Shown in pieces: positions 27,928-37,150 of a DNA stretch of 64,000 bases. The stretch lies in assembly GCA_964576615.1 (NCBI GenBank), contig CAZNUU010000001.1, positions 164,226 to 228,225 of the forward strand, given 5' to 3'. Position 1 is the first letter of the stretch, and each line of letters begins with the position of its first letter. The notes beneath the pieces were generated by a model. That model made no database searches and had not been told where the DNA came from. It worked only from the letters and a program-made list of their open reading frames with translations. Position numbers and translations under genes: made by a program. The DNA comes from an uncultured Candidatus Saccharibacteria bacterium (GTDB taxonomy: Bacteria > Patescibacteriota > Minisyncoccia > Phycocordibacterales > DATDWN01).

Positions 27928-28608
27928 ATGAAAGCTGTTATCCTAGCCGCTGGAGTTGGCACAAGACTTCTGCCACTTACAGAAACCATTCCAAAAACAT
28001 TAATCCGAATCAATGGTGTGCCAATTATCGACAAAGTTTTGGAGTCCCTACCAGATGAAATAGATGAAATAATTATTGTTGTTGATTACCTAAAAGAAAA
28101 AATTAAAGATCATACAGGCGATAATTTTAAAGATAAAAAAATAATTTTTACGGAGCAAGGTGAATCCAAAGGTACTTTGGCAGCACTTCAGTCTGCAAAA
28201 TATTTGTTTTCTGAAAACGAAAGGTTTTTAGTTTTAAACGGAGATGATATTCATGACAAAGAGGAGCTCATGAGTTACCTGCTTTATCCCCGGTCGTTTG
28301 GAGTGCAGAAAATGATTATGCCAAATTATTATAGTGTTAAGCTCGGCAAGAAAAATCATATTGAGGGTTTTACTGCTCAATCTGAAGAAGAAAAAAGAAA
28401 CGGGGCACTTATTGCAACAGGTGCTTATGTTATTGACTCAAATATTTTTAAGCATCCCGGAGTAATGGTTTTTGGCGGTGAATATGGATTACCGCAAACT
28501 ATACTCGCCCAGAAAGAGGAAACGCCAATTGTTGGCATTGTGACTGAAAAATGGATCCCAATAAATTATGCTTCAGATATTGAGAAGGCAGAGAAGATGT
28601 TAGAATAA
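27928..28608 (+). CDS. sugar-phosphate nucleotidyltransferase (NTP_transferase fold).
   Basis: MKAVILAAGVGTRLLPLTETIPKTLI is the canonical G-x-G-T-R-L motif. Confidence 0.7.
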   Translation: MKAVILAAGVGTRLLPLTETIPKTLIRINGVPIIDKVLESLPDEIDEIIIVVDYLKEKIKDHTGDNFKDKKIIFTEQGESKGTLAALQSAKYLFSENERFLVLNGDDIHDKEELMSYLLYPRSFGVQKMIMPNYYSVKLGKKNHIEGFTAQSEEEKRNGALIATGAYVIDSNIFKHPGVMVFGGEYGLPQTILAQKEETPIVGIVTEKWIPINYASDIEKAEKMLE

Positions 28609-28634
28609 CCTTCGATTCTCGGATGCTCCGTCTG

Positions 28635-28716
28635 TGCCGGGAGAGAGAATCGAACTCTCAAGGATTGCTCCGCACGATTTTGAGTCGTGTGCGTCTACCA
28701 ATTCCGCCATCCCGGC
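28635..28716 (-). tRNA. tRNA-Leu (anticodon CAA).
   Basis: The reverse complement gives GCCGGGA...anticodon loop CT-CAA-AA, a long variable arm, and T-arm GAGTTCGATTCTC; acceptor 3' TCCCGGC-A. Confidence 0.8.
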
Positions 28717-28788
28717 AATTTATATAAATTATCACAAATCTTATTTGCATAAAAGTTTAGGGCCGGCTTCGGCCGACCCCAGAGATAA

Positions 28789-29316
28789 CTACTTACGTAC
28801 AACCAAGCTGACAACAACCCCGAGGGGTTTGCGCTCTTTCCTCCTACGCCTCAACTCGTAATACATTCTCCGTGCTCGATCCGGGTTATGCTCTGGCAGC
28901 CCTCTTACTACCGCCGAGAGCACACTAACCTTGGTCCCAGCCCGGATGATTCTTTTGTATTCCGGGTCGAGGAAATAACCCATTTCCTCGATTGTTTCCT
29001 GAACCCGCCTTAGAGCAGTCGATGACTTTGCAAATGATTTGTCTTTTGCAATTGGCAACCAACCTGCCTGGGTAAACAACCCAATGACAGCTCGCTCTTG
29101 AGAGCGGTTCGTCCCCTTCCAGATTGCATTCAGGATGGAGAGCAAGAAATCCTCGGTGAGTGCGACCATGGTCTGTTCTCGCCGAGCCTCCCAGTTCTTG
29201 AGCCGCTTTTCTAAAGCTACACTGTCTCTCTCCTTTTGTTTTCTTGATTGACCCATTGAGCCCTCTCTAAAGCTGAGTTTGCGAGGAGAAACTATCCGTC
29301 GTATAGTCTTACACAA
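28789..29316 (-). CDS. hypothetical basic protein, moderately GC-enriched, upstream of tRNA-Leu(CAA).
   Basis: 175-aa ORF, Arg/Lys-rich; no motif recognised. Confidence 0.3.
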   Translation of the reverse strand: MCKTIRRIVSPRKLSFREGSMGQSRKQKERDSVALEKRLKNWEARREQTMVALTEDFLLSILNAIWKGTNRSQERAVIGLFTQAGWLPIAKDKSFAKSSTALRRVQETIEEMGYFLDPEYKRIIRAGTKVSVLSAVVRGLPEHNPDRARRMYYELRRRRKERKPLGVVVSLVVRK

Positions 29317-29320
29317 TCAG

Positions 29321-30220
29321 ATGAAGATAGTCAAAAAAGATAGGCTTCTGGTCATATTGGGTCAAACAGCAACTGGCAAAAGTGACCTTGCTGTAAAAAT
29401 CGCCAAAAAATATAACGGTGAGATTATTTCTGCTGACTCCAGGCAAGTTTACAAAGGACTCAATATTGGCACTGGAAAACTTACTAGAAAAGAGATGCGA
29501 GGTGTTCATCACTGGATGATCGATGTGATTTCCCCCAAGAAAACTTTTTCAGTTACAGATTGGAAGAAAATGGCGGAGGAAAGAATTGAAGTAATATTAA
29601 AGAAACACAAATTGCCTATTATCTGTGGTGGCACAGGTTTTTACATTCAGTCGATCGTGGATAATATTGTTTTGCCAGAAGTACCTCCAAACAAAAAATT
29701 GAGAGGAGAGTTAGAAAAAAAATCTGCCTTGGAACTTTTTAACATTCTCGAAAAAGTAGACTCAAACAGAGCCAAAAATATTGATAAGCATAATAAAGTA
29801 AGACTAATAAGAGCAATTGAGATAGCAAAGGCTATGGGCAAGATCCCAAAATTAAAGAAGAATAGAGTTACTTTTGACGTACTACAAATAGGCCTGAAAA
29901 GCGAAAATTTGTCAGAGAATATACACAAAAGACTCATTCGCCGTTTGAAGAAAGGCATGATCACTGAAGCAACAAGGCTTCACAAAAATGGCCTGTCCTT
30001 CAAACGCATGCGAGAACTCGGTCTGGAATACAAATACTTAGCTGACTTATTAGAGAAAAAAATAACAAAAAAAGATTTTATGAAAAAACTTGAAGCAGAT
30101 ATCTGGCGTTATTCAAAAAGACAAATGACCTGGTTCAAGAGAGATAAAAGAATAGAGTGGTTTGACCCAAGTGAAATAAAGAGAATTAATAGACTAATTA
30201 AAAAATTTCTAGTAGCATAA
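29321..30220 (+). CDS. miaA: tRNA dimethylallyltransferase.
   Basis: P-loop GQTATGKSDLAV, and ISADSRQVYKGLNIGT. Confidence 0.85.
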   Translation: MKIVKKDRLLVILGQTATGKSDLAVKIAKKYNGEIISADSRQVYKGLNIGTGKLTRKEMRGVHHWMIDVISPKKTFSVTDWKKMAEERIEVILKKHKLPIICGGTGFYIQSIVDNIVLPEVPPNKKLRGELEKKSALELFNILEKVDSNRAKNIDKHNKVRLIRAIEIAKAMGKIPKLKKNRVTFDVLQIGLKSENLSENIHKRLIRRLKKGMITEATRLHKNGLSFKRMRELGLEYKYLADLLEKKITKKDFMKKLEADIWRYSKRQMTWFKRDKRIEWFDPSEIKRINRLIKKFLVA

Positions 30221-30228
30221 AACGGTCT

Positions 30229-30299
30229 GGGGGGTTAGTTAAGTGGCATAACTACGGTCTCCAAAACCGTTGTCGGGAGTTCGATTCTTCCACCCCCCG
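30229..30299 (+). tRNA. tRNA-Trp (anticodon CCA).
   Basis: Acceptor GGGGGGT/ACCCCCC, D-arm GTTA-AGTGGCA-TAAC, anticodon stem ACGGT/ACCGT with loop CT-CCA-AA, and T-arm GGGAG-TTCGATT-CTTCC. Confidence 0.8.
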
Positions 30300-30398
30300 C
30301 TTTCATGCAAAGCTTGCTTTGCGTGGGAGAATCGAAGGCCGGAGCGCGACGGCGCGAGGCGGGGTCGAAAGTAAAGTCAGCAGACTTTGACTTGTGAC

Positions 30399-30418
30399 CG
30401 ATTCTTCCACCCCCCGCC
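30399..30418 (+). repeat. direct repeat of the tRNA-Trp 3' end (att-like).
   Basis: CGATTCTTCCACCCCCCGC at 30281-30300 recurs at 30399-30418, 98 bp downstream. Confidence 0.7.
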
Positions 30419-30451
30419 ACAACAAAAATTCGCCTTATGGGCGAATTTTTG

Positions 30452-30607
30452 TTATTTCTTTACTTCTTTAAATACAACTCTCTTTCGCAATTTCTTGCTG
30501 TATTTTTTAAGCTCGATTTTTCGCTCTACTTTTCTTTTATTCTTGGAAGTCCAATAAACTTCGCCTGTTTCCTTATTCTTTATCTGTATTAATCTATCCT
30601 GTGACAT
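30452..30607 (-). CDS. rpmG: 50S ribosomal protein L33.
   Basis: Unlisted 51-aa ORF: MSQDRLIQIKNKETGEVYWTSKNKRKVERKIELKKYSKKLRKRVVFKEVKK (L33 KNKRN...LELKKY pattern). Followed by hairpin AAAAATTCGCC-ttatg-GGCGAATTTTT at 30424-30450. Confidence 0.7.
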   Translation of the reverse strand: MSQDRLIQIKNKETGEVYWTSKNKRKVERKIELKKYSKKLRKRVVFKEVKK

Positions 30608-30664
30608 AGTTTCTTCAAACTATCAGAAAACCCATAAAAAGGCAATCTATTGAGTCGATACACA

Positions 30665-31444
30665 TTATTCAAACTCAACAAGTATCGGGCTGTGGTCTGA
30701 TACCTCATAAGGTAATACTTTAAAATTAGTGATCTTTATTCCGTCACTCACAAAGACATAGTCCGCCAATCTATGTTTCTTTTTATATAGACTTGTTCTG
30801 GTAGACGTAACATTGTTTTCTCTGATTAGGTTCCGCAGACCAAATTCTTCAAATTTTTTGAGACTTTCTGTATCTGGTAATAGATTAAAGTCACCACATA
30901 ATATGAAAGGGTTATTTAATGTTTTAAGGAATTTAATTATGTTGTCAGATTGTACTAAACGATCTTCAGTATCAGTTTTACCCTTTCCGTTCCAAATACC
31001 GTGAAAGTTAATTACAGTTATCGGTCCATTTTTAGCATTTATAGTCGCATACTGGACATTTCTAGCATGATTACCAACATCTCCTGTTGGTATATAGCTT
31101 CTATCCTTGTATACAAAAAAATCTCCCTCTTCCCTCAAACCCAAATCATTCTTAATAAACATACCTAAGCCATAATGAGTCCCGTAATGTGGCCTAAAAA
31201 AACCCATGTGATTAGTCAGGGTTTTTTGAAGTCTCAAAAACATATCCTCCATCATGTCTTTGAGCACTACTCCCCCAACTATTGCATTTACAAGAGATGC
31301 ATACATTTGTTTCTGATTCTCCTCATTGACATTCCAAACTTCTTGCAAGCAAAAAATATCTATTTTATTTTTATGCTCTTCAAAAAAATCCAGAAAAATA
31401 GAATCAACCCTCCCACCCCAGGTATTTAAAGTAATTAACTTCAT
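30665..31444 (-). CDS. endonuclease/exonuclease/phosphatase (EEP) family protein.
   Basis: MKLITLNTWGG...IFCLQEV start, and C-terminal SDHSPI. Confidence 0.7.
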   Translation of the reverse strand: MKLITLNTWGGRVDSIFLDFFEEHKNKIDIFCLQEVWNVNEENQKQMYASLVNAIVGGVVLKDMMEDMFLRLQKTLTNHMGFFRPHYGTHYGLGMFIKNDLGLREEGDFFVYKDRSYIPTGDVGNHARNVQYATINAKNGPITVINFHGIWNGKGKTDTEDRLVQSDNIIKFLKTLNNPFILCGDFNLLPDTESLKKFEEFGLRNLIRENNVTSTRTSLYKKKHRLADYVFVSDGIKITNFKVLPYEVSDHSPILVEFE

Positions 31445-31452
31445 AAAAAGGG

Positions 31453-31535
31453 TGCGCCGGGCAGGATTCGAACCTGCGTAGCCCGAAGGCGACAGATTTA
31501 CAGTCTGTTGTAATTGACCACTCTACCACCGACGC
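31453..31535 (-). tRNA. tRNA-Tyr (anticodon GTA).
   Basis: The reverse complement gives GCGTCGG...anticodon loop CT-GTA-AA, a long variable arm CGCCTTCGGGCTACG, and T-arm CAGGTTCGAATCCTG. Confidence 0.8.
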
Positions 31536-31575
31536 AATACAAAAAAGATTAACACATTACCTGAACAATTTCCAT

Positions 31576-34260
31576 TTAAGCCACTGCGCCTTCTTGTACA
31601 AAACCTTCAGTTACAAATGATCCGTTCTTGCCTTTTTTCACAGAGAAAGTGAACTCATCCCCTTTCATATCGACTGTAATCGATCCACCTTTTGCTAAAC
31701 CCTTACTTACCATAAGTGAAGCGATCTGGGTCAGGATTTTTGTTTGAATCAATCTTTTTAGGGGTCTTGCGCCGTATTGCGGACTGTAACCTTCTTTTGC
31801 CAAATGATCCATGACTGCATTAGTTAGAGTTAATTTAATCTCTTTTTGAAGAAGCCTCTCACGCACAATATCTACTTGAATTCTGACAATCTCTTTTATG
31901 GCTTCGTGACTTAGGATATCGAAAACAATTATGTCATCTAGTCGATTCAAAAACTCTGGTCTGAAGTGATCTTTTAAGGCATCCAGAACGCGAGCTTTAG
32001 CATCTGCGTAGTTTGCCTTCTCATTACTACCATAAGCAAAACCAATTTTTTCCATTTTATCTATAAACTTTGCGCCAATATTGGAAGTAAGAATTATCAC
32101 TGTATTTCGGAAGTTAACTACCCTACCCTTTGCATCAGTTAAGCGACCATTGTCTAAAACCTGAAGCAAAATATTAAACACTTCTGGGTGTGCCTTTTCG
32201 ATTTCATCAAAGAGAACAACAGAGTATGGTCTATGACGAATCATCTCTGTTATAGTTCCACCTTCTTCGTGACCTACATAACCCGGAGGAGCACCGATAA
32301 TTTTTGAGACAGAGTGTTTTTCCATAAACTCTGACATATCTATTCGGATCAAGGATTTCTCATCATTAAAGAGAAACTCTGCTAAAGCCTTGGTAAGTTC
32401 TGTCTTACCTACACCCGTTGGACCAAGAAACAGAAAAGAACCGATTGGTCGGTTAGGGTCAGAAATACCAGCTCGACTTCTTTTTACTGTATCTGAAATC
32501 TTCTTAACTGCTTCGTCTTGACCCACAATTCGTTTCTTTAATACGTCATCCATCCTGTTTAATTTGTCAGCTTCTTCTTCCAGCATTCTAGAGACAGGTA
32601 TACCAGTCCATTTTGAAACAATCATAGCAATATCGTTTTCTGTGATTTCTTCCTTTAAAATCCTGCGAGAACTTTGGAGCTTTTTTAGTTTCTTTGATTT
32701 GGTATCCAGATCTCGCTCCAGAGCTGGAATTTTGACATAGCGAATTTCCGCAGCCCGAGATAAATCTGGCCTTGCCTCTGCTGCCTCAGCTTCACGACGC
32801 AATTCCTCTAGCTGTTTCTTTATGGCTTTGATATCGGAGACGGTTTCCTTCTCGTTGTTCCATTTTAGTTCAATCTCCCCTGTTTCCTCCTTGAGATCAG
32901 CGATTTGTTTATCTATTTCTTTTAGTCTTGCTTTTGATTTTGGATCAGTTTCCTTTTTGAGAGCTTCGTGTTCTATCTGTAATTTCACAATACTTGAATG
33001 AGCTTTCTGCAAAACTGGGGGCTTATTTTCCATCGCAATTTTCAAATACGAAGCAGATTCATCAATTAAGTCCACCGCTTTATCAGGCAAAAATCTGTCG
33101 GTAATGTATCTAGTAGAAAGATTCACAGCCGCAACTATCGCTTCATCTGTGATTCTAACCCCGTGGTAAAGTTCATATTTTTCCTTGAGACCTCTAAGTA
33201 TTGTTATGGCATCCTCTACCGAAGGCTCGTTTACATAAACAGGCTGAAAACGTCGGGTTAGAGCGGGATCTTTTTCAATATGCTTTTGGTATTCTTTGAG
33301 TGTAGTTGCGCCAATGGCCCGGAGTTCCCCCCTCGCCAAAGCCGGTTTTAGCATATTCGATGCATCGAGGGAGCCTTCTGCAGAACCAGCACCAACTATG
33401 GTGTGAATTTCATCCACAAAAAGAATTATTTTGCCATCCGACCTCTCAATCTCTTTTAAAATATTTTTTAGCCTCTCTTCAAACTCACCTCTGTATTTTG
33501 TCCCAGCAATAAGTAAGCCAAGGTCTAATGACACAAGCTCTTTATCTTTAAGCGACTCTGGCACTTCTCCCATGGACATACGTAAAGCCAAGCCTTCTAC
33601 AATAGCGGTCTTGCCTACTCCGGCCTCACCAATCAAAATCGGATTATTTTTTGTCCGACGAGAAAGGATTTGAATAATCCTTGAGATTTCATCGTCTCTG
33701 CCAATAACTGGATCTAATTTATTTTGCTGAGCAAGCTTAGTTAAATTTCTGGTAAATTTCGAAAGTGCTTTAAATTTCTTTGGCGCCTCATGTGTCGTCG
33801 GCGAAGCTGCCCTTATCTCTTCTATTACTCGTAGTACCGAGTCTTTGTTTATTTTAAATTTATGAAGAAGATCTTTGGCTGGAGATGAAACTTCAGTTAA
33901 AGCTAGAAAAAGGTGCTCGGTTGAAACAAATTCATCACTTAGAGCAGTTAACTCCTTGGTTGAAGCTTCGATAGTCTGTGCTAACTCCGGAGTTAGATAA
34001 ATCTGATACGATGCAGAAAGTGTTTGCCCTGCCTCAACACCTTCAATCGATTCGAGTAGTGAGTCGGTAAGTAAAATAGTATCTACTTCTAGTTTATCCA
34101 AAATCGAAGTAACCACGCTCTCCTCCTGAAGGATAAGTGCAGTTAAAAGGTGGAGAGGATTTACATGATTCTGACCTCGTTCAATAGCGAGTTCGTGAGC
34201 TTTTCTGATTGCTTCCTTAGCCTTGGTTGTAAAGTGATTAAATGGTGGCATAGCCTTCAA
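31576..34260 (-). CDS. clpB: ATP-dependent chaperone ClpB.
   Basis: Clp_N repeats, two AAA+ modules (GEAGVGKT and GPTGVGKT), a long M-domain coiled coil, and 894 aa. Confidence 0.9.
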   Translation of the reverse strand: MKAMPPFNHFTTKAKEAIRKAHELAIERGQNHVNPLHLLTALILQEESVVTSILDKLEVDTILLTDSLLESIEGVEAGQTLSASYQIYLTPELAQTIEASTKELTALSDEFVSTEHLFLALTEVSSPAKDLLHKFKINKDSVLRVIEEIRAASPTTHEAPKKFKALSKFTRNLTKLAQQNKLDPVIGRDDEISRIIQILSRRTKNNPILIGEAGVGKTAIVEGLALRMSMGEVPESLKDKELVSLDLGLLIAGTKYRGEFEERLKNILKEIERSDGKIILFVDEIHTIVGAGSAEGSLDASNMLKPALARGELRAIGATTLKEYQKHIEKDPALTRRFQPVYVNEPSVEDAITILRGLKEKYELYHGVRITDEAIVAAVNLSTRYITDRFLPDKAVDLIDESASYLKIAMENKPPVLQKAHSSIVKLQIEHEALKKETDPKSKARLKEIDKQIADLKEETGEIELKWNNEKETVSDIKAIKKQLEELRREAEAAEARPDLSRAAEIRYVKIPALERDLDTKSKKLKKLQSSRRILKEEITENDIAMIVSKWTGIPVSRMLEEEADKLNRMDDVLKKRIVGQDEAVKKISDTVKRSRAGISDPNRPIGSFLFLGPTGVGKTELTKALAEFLFNDEKSLIRIDMSEFMEKHSVSKIIGAPPGYVGHEEGGTITEMIRHRPYSVVLFDEIEKAHPEVFNILLQVLDNGRLTDAKGRVVNFRNTVIILTSNIGAKFIDKMEKIGFAYGSNEKANYADAKARVLDALKDHFRPEFLNRLDDIIVFDILSHEAIKEIVRIQVDIVRERLLQKEIKLTLTNAVMDHLAKEGYSPQYGARPLKRLIQTKILTQIASLMVSKGLAKGGSITVDMKGDEFTFSVKKGKNGSFVTEGFVQEGAVA

Positions 34261-34405
34261 TTATATAGACGAAAGAATCTTTATATTTGGCGCAACATCT
34301 CTTGGATCTGGGATTTTATTTTCGTCGTGTTGTACAGCAATTATATAGGCCAAAAATCGAAAAGTCAAGAAAAATAGCCTTATTTTTAGTTGTTTTTTGA
34401 CAATC

Positions 34406-35215
34406 CTACCAAGTCGAGATTTCTTTTCTTAGAAACGATACTGGAGTAAATGACCTTGCAGAGTCCGAGGAGAGTTTAATGCCGATTATGTCACCAGAGA
34501 GATTAAAGACTGGGCTACCGTCAACTAAATCCTTGGTAGAAAGATCCGTATCGATATCTATAAGTGTTTTTGCTGTGCTTGAAGAAGTGTTTGAGTTTTT
34601 TGTTTGGAGCGAAACTACACGACCGACAGATACTGCATTCTCAGTCTCGCCTCCTAGGCCAATCACAGTCTGACCAAGTTTTGGCTCAGTGTCCGAAAAG
34701 GATGTGGCTGTAAATATGTAACTTTTTGTTTTATCTGAAGAAATTACTTTAAACTCGATAAAATTCGTTTGTTTATCAACCCCCAATGGGTTTAACTGAA
34801 ACTCTGACCCATCACTGAAAGTCCCGTAATATGTGTTATCTGCCAGGATAGTATTTTTGTCCGCCGCGATAACTCCATCTTTGTTTACCACAAGACCAAT
34901 CCCATAAAATGTTGCCGCCCCGTCTTTGTCTTTGGCTTTTATCCTGACAATGCTTTTTACATTTTTATCAATTGAAGTTAGGACTTGGTCTTCCTCTTTA
35001 ACTACCACTGTAGTAATCTCCTTTTGCCCCGGAGTTACTACCCCGGGGGTTGTGACAGTCTCGATAGTTTTTTCTACAACTCGGTTGATATTTCGAGTAA
35101 CCTCAAGAGGCGCTTCTTGAAGAAGATAATTTGTCATAATTCCCGTAGCAATCGAAGTTACAAAAGATATGAGGAGTGTGAGGAGAATAATTTGATTCTT
35201 ATTTAGATCTTCCAT
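34406..35215 (-). CDS. membrane-anchored protein with a degenerate trypsin-like (S1/HtrA-like) fold.
   Basis: VDGSPVFNLSGDIIGI resembles GNSGGPLxNxxGEVIGI but lacks a clear catalytic His/Ser context. Confidence 0.3.
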   Translation of the reverse strand: MEDLNKNQIILLTLLISFVTSIATGIMTNYLLQEAPLEVTRNINRVVEKTIETVTTPGVVTPGQKEITTVVVKEEDQVLTSIDKNVKSIVRIKAKDKDGAATFYGIGLVVNKDGVIAADKNTILADNTYYGTFSDGSEFQLNPLGVDKQTNFIEFKVISSDKTKSYIFTATSFSDTEPKLGQTVIGLGGETENAVSVGRVVSLQTKNSNTSSSTAKTLIDIDTDLSTKDLVDGSPVFNLSGDIIGIKLSSDSARSFTPVSFLRKEISTW

Positions 35216-35221
35216 TGGGAT

Positions 35222-36391
35222 TTATTTTAGCACATTTTGTAAAACACTAACCAATCTATCTATATCGCCCATTTTGCTCTGTCGCCCCAGAGTAAACCTG
35301 AGACTTGATTCACTACAATCTTTTTTACCCAGACTAGATATTACGTAAGATGACGAATCCTCCTTTAGAGTCTGACAAGAAGACGAATAGGAGGCGGAAA
35401 TTCCTAAAACATCGAGAGAAATAACAAGAAATTCGGCATCTTTACCAGGGAAACAGATGTTTACATTGTTTGGAAGCCTATCTTTTTGTGGGCCATTTAA
35501 GGTAGAGCCCGGGAACGTCTTCAAAATTTTTTCAATTGCATAATCTCGAATTGAACTAAGTCTAGAAACTTCACTATTTTTTATTTCTTCAGTAATCTCG
35601 ATTGCTTTAGCCAAGCCTAAAGCAGCGGCTACGTTTTCTGTTCCACTACGCAAATTTTTTTCTTGCCCACCACCAAATATAATCGGCGCGATCTCAACTG
35701 TAGATTTAATATACAGCGCTCCCGTTCCTCGTGGACCATAAATCTTTATTCCGTCCAAAGTAAGAAGGTCGACACCTAACTTCAAGACATCCACTGGTAA
35801 ATATGAAATCGCCTGGCAAGCATCGGTGTGAAAATACGGGAATGAAGAATTATTCTTGTGTTTATATTCCCTTATGACTTTTGCAATTTCTTTTATGTTT
35901 TGAATCGAGCCAATTTCGTTATTCGCATACATAATTGAAACCAGGATTGTATTTTCTTTGATAGAATGGCGAACATCGTTCGGGTCAACAATACCCTCAG
36001 TGGAAACGGGCAAAATAGTAACCTCACCCCCGCGTCGTTCAATTTCCCTTACACACTCCAAAATCGAGGAGTGCTCAATTGAAGATGTAATCATATGAGG
36101 AATAAATCCGTCTCTTCTATTTTTTTCAAAAATTCCAATTAGCGCCAAGTTATTCCCCTCTGTTCCGCCACTTGTAAACACGACTTCCTCACTTCTTGCA
36201 TTAAGAATGTTAGCAATACTTTTTCTTGCACTCTCCAATTCTTTTTTTGCAAAAAGCGCCTCTTCATATAGTGCAGAGGGATTAGCAAAGGATTTTTCTT
36301 CATACTGCCTCATAACCCTGGAGACTCTCTTGTCCAAAGGAGTTATTGAAGCATAGTCTAGAAAAATTCTTTTTTTTCGCCCAAATAACAT
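35222..36391 (-). CDS. cysteine desulfurase (class V aminotransferase; IscS/NifS/SufS-like).
   Basis: FLDYASITPLD...FTSGGTEGNNLAL and a PLP-lysine region. Confidence 0.85.
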   Translation of the reverse strand: MLFGRKKRIFLDYASITPLDKRVSRVMRQYEEKSFANPSALYEEALFAKKELESARKSIANILNARSEEVVFTSGGTEGNNLALIGIFEKNRRDGFIPHMITSSIEHSSILECVREIERRGGEVTILPVSTEGIVDPNDVRHSIKENTILVSIMYANNEIGSIQNIKEIAKVIREYKHKNNSSFPYFHTDACQAISYLPVDVLKLGVDLLTLDGIKIYGPRGTGALYIKSTVEIAPIIFGGGQEKNLRSGTENVAAALGLAKAIEITEEIKNSEVSRLSSIRDYAIEKILKTFPGSTLNGPQKDRLPNNVNICFPGKDAEFLVISLDVLGISASYSSSCQTLKEDSSSYVISSLGKKDCSESSLRFTLGRQSKMGDIDRLVSVLQNVLK

Positions 36392-36426
36392 GCGATTATA
36401 TTACTCTCTGTCTTCATAAATCACAA

Positions 36427-36614
36427 ATTGCAAAAACATTGCGCAGGAAATTAGAAAACAAAGACGAAAGCGTCAGTCTGGAGACACTGTTTGAGGCGAT
36501 AGCCGAGTTTGTCGAGAAGACGAGTTTGAGGATATTGTTTTCTTGATTTCCGAGCATAGTAAAATTGCACCAGCAATTTATACGTATTTTTGCAATTTGT
36601 GATTTAGTTTCTTT
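36427..36614 (+). ncRNA. conserved structured intergenic element, copy A (paralog of 59822..59994).
   Basis: Closed by a perfect 19-bp inverted repeat AAATCACAAATTGCAAAAA / TTTTTGCAATTTGTGATTT. The interior shares CATTGCRCAGGAAATTAG, GAGACACTGTTTGAG, CGAGTTTGNCGAGAAG and TTGTTTTCTTGATTT with copy B; internal hairpins covary. Confidence 0.5.
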
Positions 36615-36650
36615 TTTGCAAATCACAACAAAATATGCCATAATTCCTGG

Positions 36651-37118
36651 ATGTTTTTAGACCCACTATTTATAAAATACGCAGTAATTGGTCTTTTTAT
36701 AATTCTGGTGGGATGGCAAATTCGACTTGAAATAAAGATAAAAAAACTTCTTATTGGCAAGAATTCGAAATCACTTGAGGATTCGATTGTAGCTGCTGGC
36801 ACAAACCTTGAAAAACTAAACAATTTCCAAAAGGAGGCTGCCTCATACTTTACCAACATTGAAAGAAGACTTCGCAGAAGTATCCAAGCAGTAGAGACAG
36901 TTCGTTTTAATCCCTTCAAGGGCACAGGAGACGGAGGAAACCAGAGCTTTTCTACTTCTTTTGTCTCCGAAAATGGCGATGGGGTCGTAATCTCTAGTCT
37001 TTATTCCAGGGAGAGAATTGGCATTTTTTCTAAACCAGTCGAAAAGTTCCAGAGTCAATTCGAGTTAACCGAAGAAGAGAAAGAGGTTATAAATAATTCC
37101 AAAAGTTCGCTTGGCTAA
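36651..37118 (+). CDS. hypothetical membrane-anchored protein.
   Basis: 155 aa, N-terminal TM; directly downstream of repeat element A and upstream of infB. Confidence 0.4.
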   Translation: MFLDPLFIKYAVIGLFIILVGWQIRLEIKIKKLLIGKNSKSLEDSIVAAGTNLEKLNNFQKEAASYFTNIERRLRRSIQAVETVRFNPFKGTGDGGNQSFSTSFVSENGDGVVISSLYSRERIGIFSKPVEKFQSQFELTEEEKEVINNSKSSLG

Positions 37119-37150
37119 GCCCAGTGTCATGAACCAGAAAATTAACTTTT

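Noticed and set aside
28634-28861. 75-aa plus-strand ORF.
   Set aside because: Overlaps tRNA-Leu(CAA) on the opposite strand.
30235-30420. 61-aa minus-strand ORF.
   Set aside because: Lies entirely over tRNA-Trp and the att-like repeat; an artefact of the G/C-rich acceptor stems.
36427-36614. Interpretation of the 19-bp terminal inverted repeats as a MITE/transposon TIR.
   Set aside because: The paralogous copy B has terminal inverted repeats of a different sequence, and internal hairpins covary. This favours a conserved RNA closing helix over shared transposase-recognised TIRs. No target-site duplication is evident.
36346-36641. ORFs 36346..36546(+) and 36414..36641(-).
   Set aside because: Lie inside the conserved structured element copy A; the paralogous copy B has no such ORFs, so conservation is at the RNA/DNA level.
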